NCBI GenBank assembly: GCA_045585895.1
Contig: JAZMZI010000144.1
Span: 647 to 64,646 of the forward strand
Direction of reading: 5' to 3'
Source: Eubacteriales bacterium
GTDB taxonomy: Bacteria; Bacillota; Clostridia; Oscillospirales; CAG-272
Length of the DNA stretch: 64,000 nucleotides
Part shown: one piece after another, positions 47,667 through 58,341 of the stretch
How the letters are laid out: each line of letters opens with the position of its first letter
Position numbering within the stretch: the stretch's first letter is position 1
Made by a program: the position numbers and the translations under genes
The notes under the pieces: model-generated
Told to the model about the DNA's origin: nothing
Seen by the model: the letters and a program-made list of their open reading frames with translations, nothing else
Database searches by the model: none

Positions 47667-48653
47667 TCATTCGATTGCGTCTGTAGGTTCTTTGTATTCA
47701 TCTGCATCGTCTTCGGTATTGCCGTCGTCAACGGGGTCTATCATATACTTTTTTATTACGGGGTATGCCGCGTAAGTATATATGAAGGAGCAAACTCCGA
47801 GATAATAGAGCAACGGTAATACTATAGCAACACCGAGTCCCACTTGAACCAAAAGGAGAATAGGAAGAACAGCGATAGCCGTAACAATTGCAAGACCTAT
47901 AAGCGCAAGAATGTTTCGCTTTATACCGAGAACGGTAAATATCAAAGCATTTTTAAACGCTTTGGTTATTTTTATGTTAAACGTAACGATCATCAAGTAG
48001 GTATAGAAACGGAAAATAATATAAATTATTATTAGGGCGATGGTCATTACGTAAATGAAATCCGAGAAACCGTTCGAGGGAGTCATAAAGAAGTACAAAA
48101 GGTTATAGGCAAGAGTACCCATAACGGCGCAGTCAATAACTCCTAAAATAAAACCCTGCTTAAAATTTTTTTTGATTGCGTAAAAGAAATCGGAGAATAC
48201 GAATACGCTGTCTCCTCTCACAAGTCCTCTCGTTACGTATATAGTACCTACTTTTTGCCAACCGTAGGTAATAACGTACACTAATAAAATTGCACCGATT
48301 ATCCAATAGATATGGGTGTTATTATAAGTGGGAAGAGGGTATTGGGAGGAGAACAGACCGAGATTAAAGAATCCTGTAACAGTTGATGCTGTCTCCTGTA
48401 TGCCAAACAATGCGGCAAACTCAGGATATCTCAGAGAAGCGGTTTTTGGCATAACTATAATATAAAGATAAGCACAAACTATCAGGGGGATTATTTGAAA
48501 CATCGTAAGAATGTTCAAAGACATTATCTTAGAAAACTTTCTCCCAAACTGAACGAAAAAGAATTTTAAGTTTGGAGTAGTGTCTTCACCGCGCTCAACA
48601 CCCTTACCGTCGCGGTTTAAATCAAATAATTTAAATTTCTTTTTTGTTTTCAA
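47667..48653 (-). CDS. Polytopic membrane protein (YesL/DUF624-like)
   Basis: It has multiple TM helices. The N-terminal FFVQFGRKFSKIMSLNIL pattern resembles DUF624. Confidence 0.5.
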   Translation of the reverse strand: MKTKKKFKLFDLNRDGKGVERGEDTTPNLKFFFVQFGRKFSKIMSLNILTMFQIIPLIVCAYLYIIVMPKTASLRYPEFAALFGIQETASTVTGFFNLGLFSSQYPLPTYNNTHIYWIIGAILLVYVITYGWQKVGTIYVTRGLVRGDSVFVFSDFFYAIKKNFKQGFILGVIDCAVMGTLAYNLLYFFMTPSNGFSDFIYVMTIALIIIYIIFRFYTYLMIVTFNIKITKAFKNALIFTVLGIKRNILALIGLAIVTAIAVLPILLLVQVGLGVAIVLPLLYYLGVCSFIYTYAAYPVIKKYMIDPVDDGNTEDDADEYKEPTDAIE

Positions 48654-48674
48654 TTTTAAAGTGTCCTTTACGAT

Positions 48675-49511
48675 TTATTTTTTGTGGTCGGATCCTAATT
48701 CATCAGCTCTTTGAGTACATTTATTCATAGCACTGATGATTGCTTCACAAAAGTGGTAATCTTCGAGCTCTTTGATGGCGCGTTCGGTAGTTCCACCCTT
48801 GGAGGCAACCGTAGCGATCTGTTCGTCGGGAGTTTTTGCGCCTTGCTTCATAAGCTCAGCCGCTCCTATGATCGTGTCGCAAATAGCGTTTATAATTTCT
48901 TTTTCGGAGAGATTTGAGCCATCACGGTTCAATAATCCTTGATCTTTCGCGCCCTCATACATTGCCTTTATCATCATAAAAACATAAGCGGGAGAAGAAC
49001 CCGTAACCGAAATTATACGGTTCATTTCGCTCTCGTCTATTTTCAAAACGGTACCCGAGGAAGCGAAAACGTCACAAATATATTGAAAATCCGCATCGGA
49101 TACCTTATCGTTTCTGCAAACGGCAATAACACCTTTTCCGATAAGCATTGGAGTATTTGGCATAACGCGCACTACCGCAGCACCGCACGCTGCATCTGAA
49201 ACGGTTTTCGTGGAAATTCCGGCAGCCATCGTAACGAATACTTTGCTTGAAACGTTCTCACAGTCGGATAACTGCGGAAGAATATCGGGAAAATTCTGAG
49301 GCTTTACACAAAGCATAATGTATTTAGCCATTTCGACCGCTTCTTTTACGGAAGTGCATATATGAGCGCCCGACGCTCTGTATTTTTCGATTTTTTCGAT
49401 ATGTCTGTTGAAAAGGACTATATCGGACATATCGTTATAGACAGACGTTATACCCATAAGAGTAGCGGTTGCCATATTTCCTACGCCTATAAAGGCAATT
49501 TTATCATTCAT
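48675..49511 (-). CDS. proC: Pyrroline-5-carboxylate reductase
   Basis: The motifs IAFIGVGNMA, RVMPNTP, and SPAYVF and ASKGGTTE are present. Confidence 0.9.
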   Translation of the reverse strand: MNDKIAFIGVGNMATATLMGITSVYNDMSDIVLFNRHIEKIEKYRASGAHICTSVKEAVEMAKYIMLCVKPQNFPDILPQLSDCENVSSKVFVTMAAGISTKTVSDAACGAAVVRVMPNTPMLIGKGVIAVCRNDKVSDADFQYICDVFASSGTVLKIDESEMNRIISVTGSSPAYVFMMIKAMYEGAKDQGLLNRDGSNLSEKEIINAICDTIIGAAELMKQGAKTPDEQIATVASKGGTTERAIKELEDYHFCEAIISAMNKCTQRADELGSDHKK

Positions 49512-49609
49512 AAAAAGACCTCAACATAAAAATACATTAATAATTATAACATTATTAAGTTTTGAATCTACCAACATATAGTCAACAAAAAACAACTTTT
49601 TTGTAAAGT

Positions 49610-50380
49610 TTATTTCAAAATACCTTTTTTTCTTGCAATTTCGAAAGCCATTACGGACACGGCTGACGCAGAGGGAAGAGAGCCCAAAAATTCACGACCG
49701 TAGGGAATTCTAACGTTCACATCTGCGAGATCGAGAAGCTTTCTTGAAATACCGCGCTTCTCACCGCCGATTACAAGCAAGGTCGGTCTTGAAAATTCAT
49801 AATCGTAAAGCGAAACCGAGTCACGTATGCCTGCGCAGGTAATTTCAAATCCGTTTTCTTTGAAAAGCTTTGCAGCTTCATACGTATCTCCGACAGCAAT
49901 TTTGGCAAGTTCAGAGGTTCCGGCAGAGGAGCGCGCTACCGTGCCCGAAAACTCCATCCAGTTTCTTTCGGGGAGAATTATTCCGTCAACTCCCGAGGCA
50001 TACAGGGAACGCACGGAATAACCGAAATTGTAAGGGTCTTCAAGCCCATCGATAAGAGCATAGAAATGTCCGTTTGTTAAAAAATTAACATCTGCGGAGT
50101 AAAAAGTTCGTTTGCTTGTCAACATAATAATGCCGCCATGCGTATTTCCCGAAACCAACGTATCGATATACTTAGCGTCGCAAGTACAAAGTTCAAAATT
50201 CAACTCAGACGCTGCATGCTTCAAAAAGCGAATTTCTCGGCTCTTTTTTTCGGTGCGGGATCCGTCATAATATACTTTTGAAATAATTCTGCTGTTCGTA
50301 CCGTTTTTTATGGATCTTATAACGGCGGAAATAGAGGTCATACCTTCAAAAATATCAAATTGAGAAATATCATTAACCAT
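49610..50380 (-). CDS. TrmH/SpoU-family RNA 2'-O-methyltransferase
   Basis: It has the SpoU_methylase C-terminal motifs (LVIGGEKRGIS, IPYG..SLPSASA). Confidence 0.8.
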   Translation of the reverse strand: MVNDISQFDIFEGMTSISAVIRSIKNGTNSRIISKVYYDGSRTEKKSREIRFLKHAASELNFELCTCDAKYIDTLVSGNTHGGIIMLTSKRTFYSADVNFLTNGHFYALIDGLEDPYNFGYSVRSLYASGVDGIILPERNWMEFSGTVARSSAGTSELAKIAVGDTYEAAKLFKENGFEITCAGIRDSVSLYDYEFSRPTLLVIGGEKRGISRKLLDLADVNVRIPYGREFLGSLPSASAVSVMAFEIARKKGILK

Positions 50381-50465
50381 AAAAACTCCTTTAAAAAGGT
50401 ATTTAAATCATTAAATCGTCATATACATTTACCAATGTAATAAATATAACTGCGAGGTAACAGTA

Positions 50466-50729
50466 ATGATGTATTTGTCATCAGGCAAGGATCGTTGCGT
50501 AATATTGGGGCTCTACATCGTTGAAAACAACGCAACTGTACGTGCAACGGCGGCAAGATTTGGGATCAGTAAAAGTACGGTACATAAAGATGTTACGCAA
50601 GTTTTAAAAAACGTGAACAGATCACTTTATCTTGACGTTAAAAGTGTTCTTGCAAAAAATAAGGAAGAAAGACATCTAAGAGGCGGCGAAGCAACGAAGA
50701 AAAAATATTTGGTTGAAAAAGTGATATAA
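50466..50729 (+). CDS. spoIIID: Stage III sporulation transcriptional regulator SpoIIID
   Basis: The sequence YIVENNATVRATAARFGISKSTVHKDV..HLRGGEATKKKY matches B. subtilis SpoIIID. Confidence 0.9.
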   Translation: MMYLSSGKDRCVILGLYIVENNATVRATAARFGISKSTVHKDVTQVLKNVNRSLYLDVKSVLAKNKEERHLRGGEATKKKYLVEKVI

Positions 50730-51008
50730 AACAAAAATTTCACACTTGGTTGATACGTTTACAGATAAGTCGTTAAACCGGTAAAATTGTTATAAAATTT
50801 CCAAAAACATAAAAGAGAAGGATTTAATATTAATACATAAAATTATACAAAATCAAAATTTTGTATAATTCGGGCAATTTAAAAACGCATTATTAAATAC
50901 AAATTTACGTTAATCGGCATCAAATCCACCGATTAACGTAATTTTTTGTATTCAGCCTTCTTTACGTTCAGCATCTTGAGACTAATTTATTTTTGCTTTT
51001 GATTATTT

Positions 51009-53036
51009 TTATATTTTATATTCGGTTATAATATAATCTTCCGCTTTTATAACAACGTTTTCTTTTTCGGAAATACTGTTTGAAAACTTTATGGGATAAT
51101 ATGCGTATATCTTTGTATCATCCGTCACAAATTTTCTGAAGCAATCATTAACCGTGACGTTTAATATGTTATCTTTGTATTCTGACTTAAATACGTTTTC
51201 TCCAAGGTATACATTTACATCAGAATACAGGAACGTAGGCTCTACAGGAACGTCCTTGACCATATACATCAGCGCGTTGTGAGGACTTACCAGTCTTTCG
51301 TGTACCGTGTCGGTTTTGCCTACGAAATCAGCTTCCCAGCATTTGAATATCAATTTATCACCTTTGATTCCGAAATCTGCAAGATTTACGTCCATATCTT
51401 CAAATCTATCGGACAAGTTAAAGCTTGCGATATACTTAACCGTGTCAGAAGCCTCGATGATTGCTTTTGTTGGGGCTGGATCCTCAAACATATCAACGGC
51501 TCTGCCTGCTATACCGAGCGCAGGAAGAAGCTTTGTGAAAAGCTCTCTGCGGGCTTTACTAAGATATCGGAACTCGTCATTGGAAAGTACGAGACCGCCC
51601 GAGAACGCTACGATGGTGGACCAATATCTGGCTTCTGCGTAACTGCAATCAAATCCATCGCCCATATCAAAGTCACGAAGCACGGCACCGTCCGGATCGT
51701 TTCTGAAAACTACATTGTTATAAAAATAACGATATAATACGGTTTTTGAAGCGTTCTTGATGTTGCTCCAATGTTGCCAGTAGAACGGATCCGTAGTCGA
51801 TGATTTGGGGCATATAATATCACGCGACTCTCTCTGCGCGTCAAATATACCTGCGCACTCTATTATGGGTGAACCGCAGGACAGCATGATTGCGTCGTCG
51901 CCTACAGCATCTCTGATAGTGCTTATAACTTTACGGAACAGAGCTGACTTATAGTCCGATTTGAATCTTATAGCACATTTGAAACTGAAATAACCGAAAA
52001 TAAGAAAATCAAGCTTATAATATTTAACTCCCATTTCGTGAGAAAGCCAATAATAGGTTTTGTAAAGCTTTTCATAAAATTCGGGATTGTCAAGATCAAA
52101 TAACCTTATAGTGTTTGTCGGTGAGGAATTCCCTGCCGACACGTCGGTTCTTACGAGATGCTTAACGCTTTCATAATATCTTGAGTTCTCATTAACGAGA
52201 AACGGAGATAACCAAAGACCGAACGTCATGCCCGCATCGTTACACCGTTTGATTATCGCGTCAAGACCGTTGGGAAACTTATCCGTATCGATGAACCAAT
52301 CTCCGGGGAAAGTGCCGTCACACTGCCACCCGTCGTCTATCTGGAAAAGGTCTGCGCCTTTGATCTCCGTCATATCTTCAACGCAGCTTGTGATCTTTTT
52401 TTCGTCTACGTTTCTGTAATAACGCGACCAAGAACACCATCCCGCGGGTACGGTTTCGAGAGGACGCGCATTATTGTATTCCGCAACGAGAGGAGCGTAT
52501 TTTTTTTCGAGAAAATCAAATTCGTTTTCCGTGCCGTAAATAAACCTTTCAAGCATAATCTCTTCACCTTTGGCGATAAGCTTGCCCTCAAGGTCGTAGT
52601 GTATCGATACGACATTTCCTTCAAGTCTGATAATTGAAAATATTCTTTGACCTGTTACAAGACCGATATTTATATTCGAGCCGTTTGCGGTGTTTTTGGC
52701 AACGAAAACGTCTTTCATATCGTTTTGGGGCTTTCGACAATGTTTGTAAACTGAAGTAATATCATTGGTCGTAAACGCCGCGTAATAATAATACAGATCG
52801 TCTCCGAGAGCCTTTTCGGGAATATCAAATTCAATATTCAGCCACTCGGGTTCGTTATCCTCAAGTGCAGTGATGATAGGCGTGATAACTCCGTCCTCCG
52901 ATTGGCGTAAGGTTACTCTCAATTTCTGAGCAGACGCCTCGTTACCGTCAATTGAAATCAATTCCGAAACAGAGTTACCGTAATACACTCGTATTCTATT
53001 AGGTGAAAATTTCATAGCTAACCTCATATTGAACAA
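51009..53036 (-). CDS. Alpha-galactosidase (GH36, TmGalA-like subgroup)
   Basis: The motifs GWCSWSRYY, FQIDDGWQ, KFPNGL, FGLWLSPF and YYKLDFL are present. Confidence 0.8.
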   Translation of the reverse strand: MFNMRLAMKFSPNRIRVYYGNSVSELISIDGNEASAQKLRVTLRQSEDGVITPIITALEDNEPEWLNIEFDIPEKALGDDLYYYYAAFTTNDITSVYKHCRKPQNDMKDVFVAKNTANGSNINIGLVTGQRIFSIIRLEGNVVSIHYDLEGKLIAKGEEIMLERFIYGTENEFDFLEKKYAPLVAEYNNARPLETVPAGWCSWSRYYRNVDEKKITSCVEDMTEIKGADLFQIDDGWQCDGTFPGDWFIDTDKFPNGLDAIIKRCNDAGMTFGLWLSPFLVNENSRYYESVKHLVRTDVSAGNSSPTNTIRLFDLDNPEFYEKLYKTYYWLSHEMGVKYYKLDFLIFGYFSFKCAIRFKSDYKSALFRKVISTIRDAVGDDAIMLSCGSPIIECAGIFDAQRESRDIICPKSSTTDPFYWQHWSNIKNASKTVLYRYFYNNVVFRNDPDGAVLRDFDMGDGFDCSYAEARYWSTIVAFSGGLVLSNDEFRYLSKARRELFTKLLPALGIAGRAVDMFEDPAPTKAIIEASDTVKYIASFNLSDRFEDMDVNLADFGIKGDKLIFKCWEADFVGKTDTVHERLVSPHNALMYMVKDVPVEPTFLYSDVNVYLGENVFKSEYKDNILNVTVNDCFRKFVTDDTKIYAYYPIKFSNSISEKENVVIKAEDYIITEYKI

Positions 53037-53141
53037 AATGTGAATAAAAACCGAAAATGGTTCCTAAGTTAAATTTTAACATATATTATAATTAGTGTCA
53101 AGTATGAAAAATAACTTGTTTATATAAAAATACTTTGATTT

Positions 53142-53181
53142 TTAATCAAAACAAAAGCCTCACCGTGATTGATGAGGCTTT
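53142..53181 (-). terminator. Intrinsic terminator ending the oxidoreductase operon
   Basis: On the minus strand, AAGCCTCA...TGAGGCTT is followed by TTTGTTTTG. Confidence 0.65.
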
Positions 53182-53199
53182 CGACTACTTGGTTTAAGT

Positions 53200-54411
53200 T
53201 TAATTATTCTTTGAGCCGTAAGTATCGGAAAGATCAACGGCTGCAACGTTTGCAACGGTAGTTTTTCTTCTTGAGTTTTTTATGTGTTCATCAAGAAGGC
53301 TTTTGAATTTTTGTTCGTCAAAAGGAAGTGTTACGGGACCGCCCGTCCATGCGGAGAGATGCATACCGTTGGAGATCATAAGTCCATTAATTCCCTCTCT
53401 GCCGTCTGCAATCATTTTTTCGTCACGAAGGATCGCCGCCGCAAAAGCATTTCTGACAGCTGAGTGTTGGGGGTTGCTTCCATCGGTCTCTACCTCGCTT
53501 ACGGTGCATTTGGGGGCTCCGAAAATCGCGGTATTTTTCTTGGTAAATTCACTTTCGGGCATTTCAAGCTTTTTCATGATAAGCTTGCCGTTTTCGCAAA
53601 CAAGGGTACCGCCGTCGCATACTATTTCAAATCGGTTGGCGCCGGGAGCCTCTCCCGTTGTGGTTATAAACGTACCCGTTGCTCCGTTAGCGTACTCGAC
53701 GTATGCGGTAACTTCATCCTCTATCTCAACGTCGTGAAGTCTGCCAAATCTCATTTTAGCATCGATAAGAACGGGCATACCGCAGATCCACTGCCAAAGG
53801 TCAAGATTATGAGGACACTGATTAAGCAACACTCCTCCGCCCTCGCCCGACCAAGTCGCGCGCCAATCGCCTGAATTATAATAAGCTTGAGGACGATACC
53901 AATCGGTGATTATCCAGTTGGTTCTTCTGATCTCACCAAGCTCACCGCTATCGATTATTTCCTTCATCTTTCGGTAGAGGCAGTTAGTACGCTGATTAAA
54001 CATCATTCCGAATTTAAGCTCAGGATGTTTATCGGCCTCAGCCATCATTTCACGTACCTGCAGAGTGTAAACTCCCGCAGGCTTTTCGCACATAACGTGA
54101 AGTCCGGCCTTAAAGCCTTCAATAGCCAATGTGGGATGATCGTAATGAGGAACTGCGATGAGTATCGCCTCGCATTCTCCGCTTTTTATAAGGTCGGAGC
54201 CTTCGGAAAAAGTTGCGGGAATAGGAAGCTTGCGCTCTGGATGAGCGGCATTATGTTCTTCAATACATTTTAATCCAAAGTTGATTTTTTCCTCGTATCG
54301 ATCAGCAATAGCGGTAACGACGATTTCACAGTTTTCTTCTGCAATAATACCCTTTAAATGGGAGCTACCCATATTACCCATACCGATAATACCTAATTTT
54401 ACTTGATTCAT
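53200..54411 (-). CDS. Gfo/Idh/MocA-family oxidoreductase (paralogue 2)
   Basis: It has the LGIIGMGNMGSSH Rossmann motif and CEKP. I chose the ATG at 54411 with a GGAGA RBS; the track start is an upstream TTG. Confidence 0.85.
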   Translation of the reverse strand: MNQVKLGIIGMGNMGSSHLKGIIAEENCEIVVTAIADRYEEKINFGLKCIEEHNAAHPERKLPIPATFSEGSDLIKSGECEAILIAVPHYDHPTLAIEGFKAGLHVMCEKPAGVYTLQVREMMAEADKHPELKFGMMFNQRTNCLYRKMKEIIDSGELGEIRRTNWIITDWYRPQAYYNSGDWRATWSGEGGGVLLNQCPHNLDLWQWICGMPVLIDAKMRFGRLHDVEIEDEVTAYVEYANGATGTFITTTGEAPGANRFEIVCDGGTLVCENGKLIMKKLEMPESEFTKKNTAIFGAPKCTVSEVETDGSNPQHSAVRNAFAAAILRDEKMIADGREGINGLMISNGMHLSAWTGGPVTLPFDEQKFKSLLDEHIKNSRRKTTVANVAAVDLSDTYGSKNN

Positions 54412-54457
54412 AATTAATCTCCATTCCGCCGCCAATGCGTCGGTTCAAATAATATTT

Positions 54458-55663
54458 TTAAAAGAAACATAGATTTCCGTGATTTTTATCAAATTCGGAA
54501 AAAATATTATTAGTATTCTTTTTCTGTTTGGAAGTTTTGATTTTTTCTTCAAGCATTTCCTTGAAAAGCACTTCATCAAAAGGAATTTCGATCTCTTTCC
54601 CGAGCCATGCCGAAAGATGCATAGCGTTGGATAGTATAAGTGAGTTCAATCCCTCGCGCCCGTCTGCGACGAGTGGCTCTCCGCCGAGAATAGACGCGGC
54701 GAAGGCATTCATAACACCTGAATGTTGAGCGTTTTCACCGTCGGTTTCGACAGATACGATCTCACACGGCGGATGACCGTACACCGCAGTATTTTCTTGA
54801 GTAAAGATCGATTCGCGAACGGCAAGCTTTTTAAGGATAAGTTGATTATTTTCACATAAAATAGTTCCGCCGTCGAAAACCATCTCAAGGCGGTTAGTTC
54901 CCGGAGTGTCGGCGGTAGAGGTTATAAAACTACCCAGAGCGCCGTTTTCAAACTCCACTGAAGCTACTACGTCGTCCTCAACTTCAATATCGTGATATTT
55001 ACCGAACTTCATTTTTGCAAATACCTTTACGGGCATTCCGCAAAGCCATTGCCAAATATCGAGATTGTGGGGGCATTGATTGAGTAATACTCCTCCGCCC
55101 TCGCCGCTCCAAGTGGCTCTCCAGTCACCTGAATCGTAGTAGGCTTGCGGACGGTACCAGTTGGTAATTATCCAAGTGGAGCGTTTCAATTCGCCAAGCT
55201 CACCGCTGTCGATTATCTCTTTCATTTTGCGATAAAGACAGTTGGTTCGCTGATTAAACATCAATCCGAATTTCAATTCGGGATGCCTGTCAGCTTCGTC
55301 TATCATTTCTCTGACTTGCAGAGTATAAACGCCGGCAGGCTTTTCGCACATAACGTGGATCCCGTTTTTGAAGGCTTCGATAGCTATTTTTGAATGATGG
55401 AAATGAGGCACCGAAACGATAACGGCATCTACCAGCCCGCTTTTGATTAATTCGGTATAATCCGTAAATAATGAAGCGAATGGGATGCAAGGGTTATCAG
55501 CACGATGTTTTTCACAGGCTTTTTTTGCCCATTCAAGTCTGTCGGGATTAATATCGGCGATTGCCGTAACGACTATATTGGGACATTTCCCGTTTAAAAC
55601 GTTGGAATAATGTTGAGAACCTATATTTCCGCATCCTATTATTCCAAGTCTTATTTTGTTCAT
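54458..55663 (-). CDS. Gfo/Idh/MocA-family oxidoreductase (paralogue 1)
   Basis: It has LGIIGCGNIGSQH and CEKP. Long stretches are identical to the downstream paralogue (for example NQRTNCLYRKMKEIIDSGELGE and GDWRATWSGEGGGVLLNQCPHNLD). Confidence 0.85.
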   Translation of the reverse strand: MNKIRLGIIGCGNIGSQHYSNVLNGKCPNIVVTAIADINPDRLEWAKKACEKHRADNPCIPFASLFTDYTELIKSGLVDAVIVSVPHFHHSKIAIEAFKNGIHVMCEKPAGVYTLQVREMIDEADRHPELKFGLMFNQRTNCLYRKMKEIIDSGELGELKRSTWIITNWYRPQAYYDSGDWRATWSGEGGGVLLNQCPHNLDIWQWLCGMPVKVFAKMKFGKYHDIEVEDDVVASVEFENGALGSFITSTADTPGTNRLEMVFDGGTILCENNQLILKKLAVRESIFTQENTAVYGHPPCEIVSVETDGENAQHSGVMNAFAASILGGEPLVADGREGLNSLILSNAMHLSAWLGKEIEIPFDEVLFKEMLEEKIKTSKQKKNTNNIFSEFDKNHGNLCFF

Positions 55664-55691
55664 AGAATATCTCCAAAAGACGAGCTTTTTA

Positions 55692-56456
55692 TCAGTTAAG
55701 TCCGTAGCGTGAATGTAAGAAGTCGTAGCTTCTCTTCATACATTTGAAGGGATCTTCGCCGTAGCAATTATCAAGCTCAACGTATCCGAATTCGATGTTT
55801 TCGTCAAGGCAAGCCTGAATAATAGCGTCATAATTCATATTTCCCTCGCCTATTGAGGCAATTCTTACGGCAGCATCCTTGTTATTCATAACCATATCCT
55901 TGAAATGGATGCGGTCAACTCTTCCGTGAAGCTTTTTTATCCATTCAACGGGGTCGGCACCGCCTGCCTGTACCCAATAGCAGTCAAGGATAATTCCAAG
56001 CTCTTCGGGAGTAAATCTTTCACAAAGCAATTCAAGAAATGTCTTGCCGTCGTGTTTCGCAAATTCCCAATGGTGATTATGATACATAAGCTTATGTCCT
56101 GCAGCATTTATAGCAGGGATGACGGGGGCTATCTCGTCACCGAGACGGGTAAAGCCCTCGATCGTCTTTTCGTAAGGACTGCAACCGATACCTATACACT
56201 TGCAGTTCATTGCAGAATGATGCTTTACGGTGTTATCAATATCTTTGATTATTTTGTTATAATCGTAGTGAGTAATATCAATGGTAAGACCGTTTTCATG
56301 CGCTTTTTCCAAAGCCCACTCACCATCATAAGGGCATACGCCTGAAAGCTGAATGGATGTGTATCCGATGTCCGCAACCTTTTTCATAGATTCTTCAAGT
56401 CCAGAAAGATCTTTGCAAGAATCACGCAAGGTAAAAAACTGTGCGCCTAATTTCAT
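55692..56456 (-). CDS. Xylose-isomerase-like TIM-barrel protein (sugar phosphate isomerase/epimerase family)
   Basis: It shows the AP_endonuc_2-type pattern. It starts MKLGAQFFTLRD and has conserved His/Asp/Glu positions (YHNHHWEF, HFKD). Confidence 0.75.
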   Translation of the reverse strand: MKLGAQFFTLRDSCKDLSGLEESMKKVADIGYTSIQLSGVCPYDGEWALEKAHENGLTIDITHYDYNKIIKDIDNTVKHHSAMNCKCIGIGCSPYEKTIEGFTRLGDEIAPVIPAINAAGHKLMYHNHHWEFAKHDGKTFLELLCERFTPEELGIILDCYWVQAGGADPVEWIKKLHGRVDRIHFKDMVMNNKDAAVRIASIGEGNMNYDAIIQACLDENIEFGYVELDNCYGEDPFKCMKRSYDFLHSRYGLN

Positions 56457-56475
56457 AATAATATTCTCCCATCTA

Positions 56476-57330
56476 TTAAATGCTGAGTCCGTTTATTAAG
56501 GATTTAAGCTCATTTACTGCATAATCAAAGCTTTCGCGGTTATTTGCGAAGGAAAGCTTACTTACGTTGCTGCGAGCACCATCTTCCTCAAGATCCGCAA
56601 GACCTACGAAGCTGTTGAGATGAGGCTCAAGAGTAAGAACGCTGCAACCTTGTGCAACAAAATCGGGCAAGTATTCAGATATATGTCCTTCTCCATATCC
56701 TGCGGGAACTACGTTACCGTCAACGTCTGCATCCTTTATATGACCGTAATAAACGAACTCCTTAAGCATGTCCCACGCTTCGAGAGTATCCTGTCCGCTC
56801 TGAACGAAATTGGCGGGATCGAAAACTGCCTTGAGCCCGGGAACGGCATGATGAAGCATCAGGCATTGGGGAGCTAATTCACCATATATTCCCTTCTCGT
56901 TTTCATGGCAAGGAACAATGCCGTAGGGCTTGCAAAGCTCAACGTATTTATTCAATTTTTCACACACTCTGCCAAAAAAATCTGCTTGGCGATTAGTGCC
57001 GTAAAAGCTGAAAAGACGCATACATTTTGCGTCAAGGATCGCGCCGACCTCAAGCATCTGCTTGAAAGTATCCAATTCCTTTTCAAAATCGTCGTTGATC
57101 TGTATCTTGCCCGCAGGGGAGCCTAAAGACCAAGTGGAAATTCCGTTAGCATCCAGTTTTTTTCTGATCTCCTTTGCTTCTTCAGGTGTAACGGTGCTGA
57201 TATTTTTGCCGTCAACACCTCTGATCTCAAGCAATGAAATACCGTTTGCCTTCATAGCCTCAATTTGACCGTCAAGAGAAGGATCTGCTTCGTCTGCAAA
57301 GGCACAGAGTTTTATTTTATCTGTATTCAT
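56476..57330 (-). CDS. Xylose-isomerase-like TIM-barrel protein (second, distinct member)
   Basis: It shows the AP_endonuc_2-type pattern (LEIRGVDG.., CHENE, HIKD, TLEPH). Confidence 0.75.
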   Translation of the reverse strand: MNTDKIKLCAFADEADPSLDGQIEAMKANGISLLEIRGVDGKNISTVTPEEAKEIRKKLDANGISTWSLGSPAGKIQINDDFEKELDTFKQMLEVGAILDAKCMRLFSFYGTNRQADFFGRVCEKLNKYVELCKPYGIVPCHENEKGIYGELAPQCLMLHHAVPGLKAVFDPANFVQSGQDTLEAWDMLKEFVYYGHIKDADVDGNVVPAGYGEGHISEYLPDFVAQGCSVLTLEPHLNSFVGLADLEEDGARSNVSKLSFANNRESFDYAVNELKSLINGLSI

Positions 57331-57359
57331 GATATAATTCCTCCGAAACTTCTATTGAG

Positions 57360-58184
57360 TTATACTCCCGAATATGCGGAAAATCCACCGTCTACGGGGA
57401 TAACCGTGCCGGTTACGAATGATGCGGCAACGGGGTCTGCCAAGAATTTGAGTACGCCGAGAAGTTCTTGAGCTTCACCGAAGCGACCCATAGGAGTTGC
57501 CGCGAGGATCTTACCTGTTCTTGCGGTAGGAGTTCCGTCAGGGTTAAAGAGAAGCGCTCTGTTCTGGTTGGTTGCAAAGAATCCGGGGGCGATTCCGTTT
57601 ACTCTGATTCCCTCTTTTGCAAAGTGAACTGCCAACCACTGAGTGAAATTGGAAACTGCCGCTTTTGCGGAGCTGTACGCGGGGATCTTTGTCAAGGGAG
57701 TGTATGCGTTCATTGACGAAATATTAATGATCGAGCAACCCTCTTCCCCTATCATGTCAGCGGCAAATATCTGGGTGGGGAGAAGAACTCCTTTGATATT
57801 AAGGTCGAACACGAAGTCAAAGCCTGCTTTATCAAGATTAAAGAACGTGAGAATGTCGTCACGGTTTTCATCGCCTGCTTCAAAATATTCGTGAGCAGTA
57901 GTTGCCTTGGGGCTGTTTCCGCCCGCACCGTTAATAAGAACGGTACACTTGCCAAGCTCTGCGAGAACCTTTTTGTGAACGTCGACTATACAATCCTTAT
58001 CAAGTACGTTGGTCTTATATGCTTTCGCAACACCGCCGCAAGCGCAGATCTCATCTGCAACCGCACGAGCTGCATCTTCGTTGATATCCAGCAGAGCTAC
58101 TGCGTATCCGTTTCTGGACATTTCCTTTGCAAATTCCGCGCAGAGTATACCGCCGGCACCTGTTACAACACAAACCTTTTTCAT
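57360..58184 (-). CDS. SDR-family oxidoreductase (UxuB-like short-chain type)
   Basis: The motifs VTGAGGILC, NGAGG and YSSAKAAV (YxxxK) are present. Confidence 0.85.
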   Translation of the reverse strand: MKKVCVVTGAGGILCAEFAKEMSRNGYAVALLDINEDAARAVADEICACGGVAKAYKTNVLDKDCIVDVHKKVLAELGKCTVLINGAGGNSPKATTAHEYFEAGDENRDDILTFFNLDKAGFDFVFDLNIKGVLLPTQIFAADMIGEEGCSIINISSMNAYTPLTKIPAYSSAKAAVSNFTQWLAVHFAKEGIRVNGIAPGFFATNQNRALLFNPDGTPTARTGKILAATPMGRFGEAQELLGVLKFLADPVAASFVTGTVIPVDGGFSAYSGV

Positions 58185-58341
58185 TCTAATACCTCTTTCA
58201 AATATTTGATATTTTGTATTGACAAGACCTATCAGTCATGCTATAATAATTATAGCACTTTTTAAAATAAAATCAATGGACAAATCCTAATTTTTTATTA
58301 AAATTTTAGCATTATCTTATGTTTTTTGGAGCATTTTAGAA

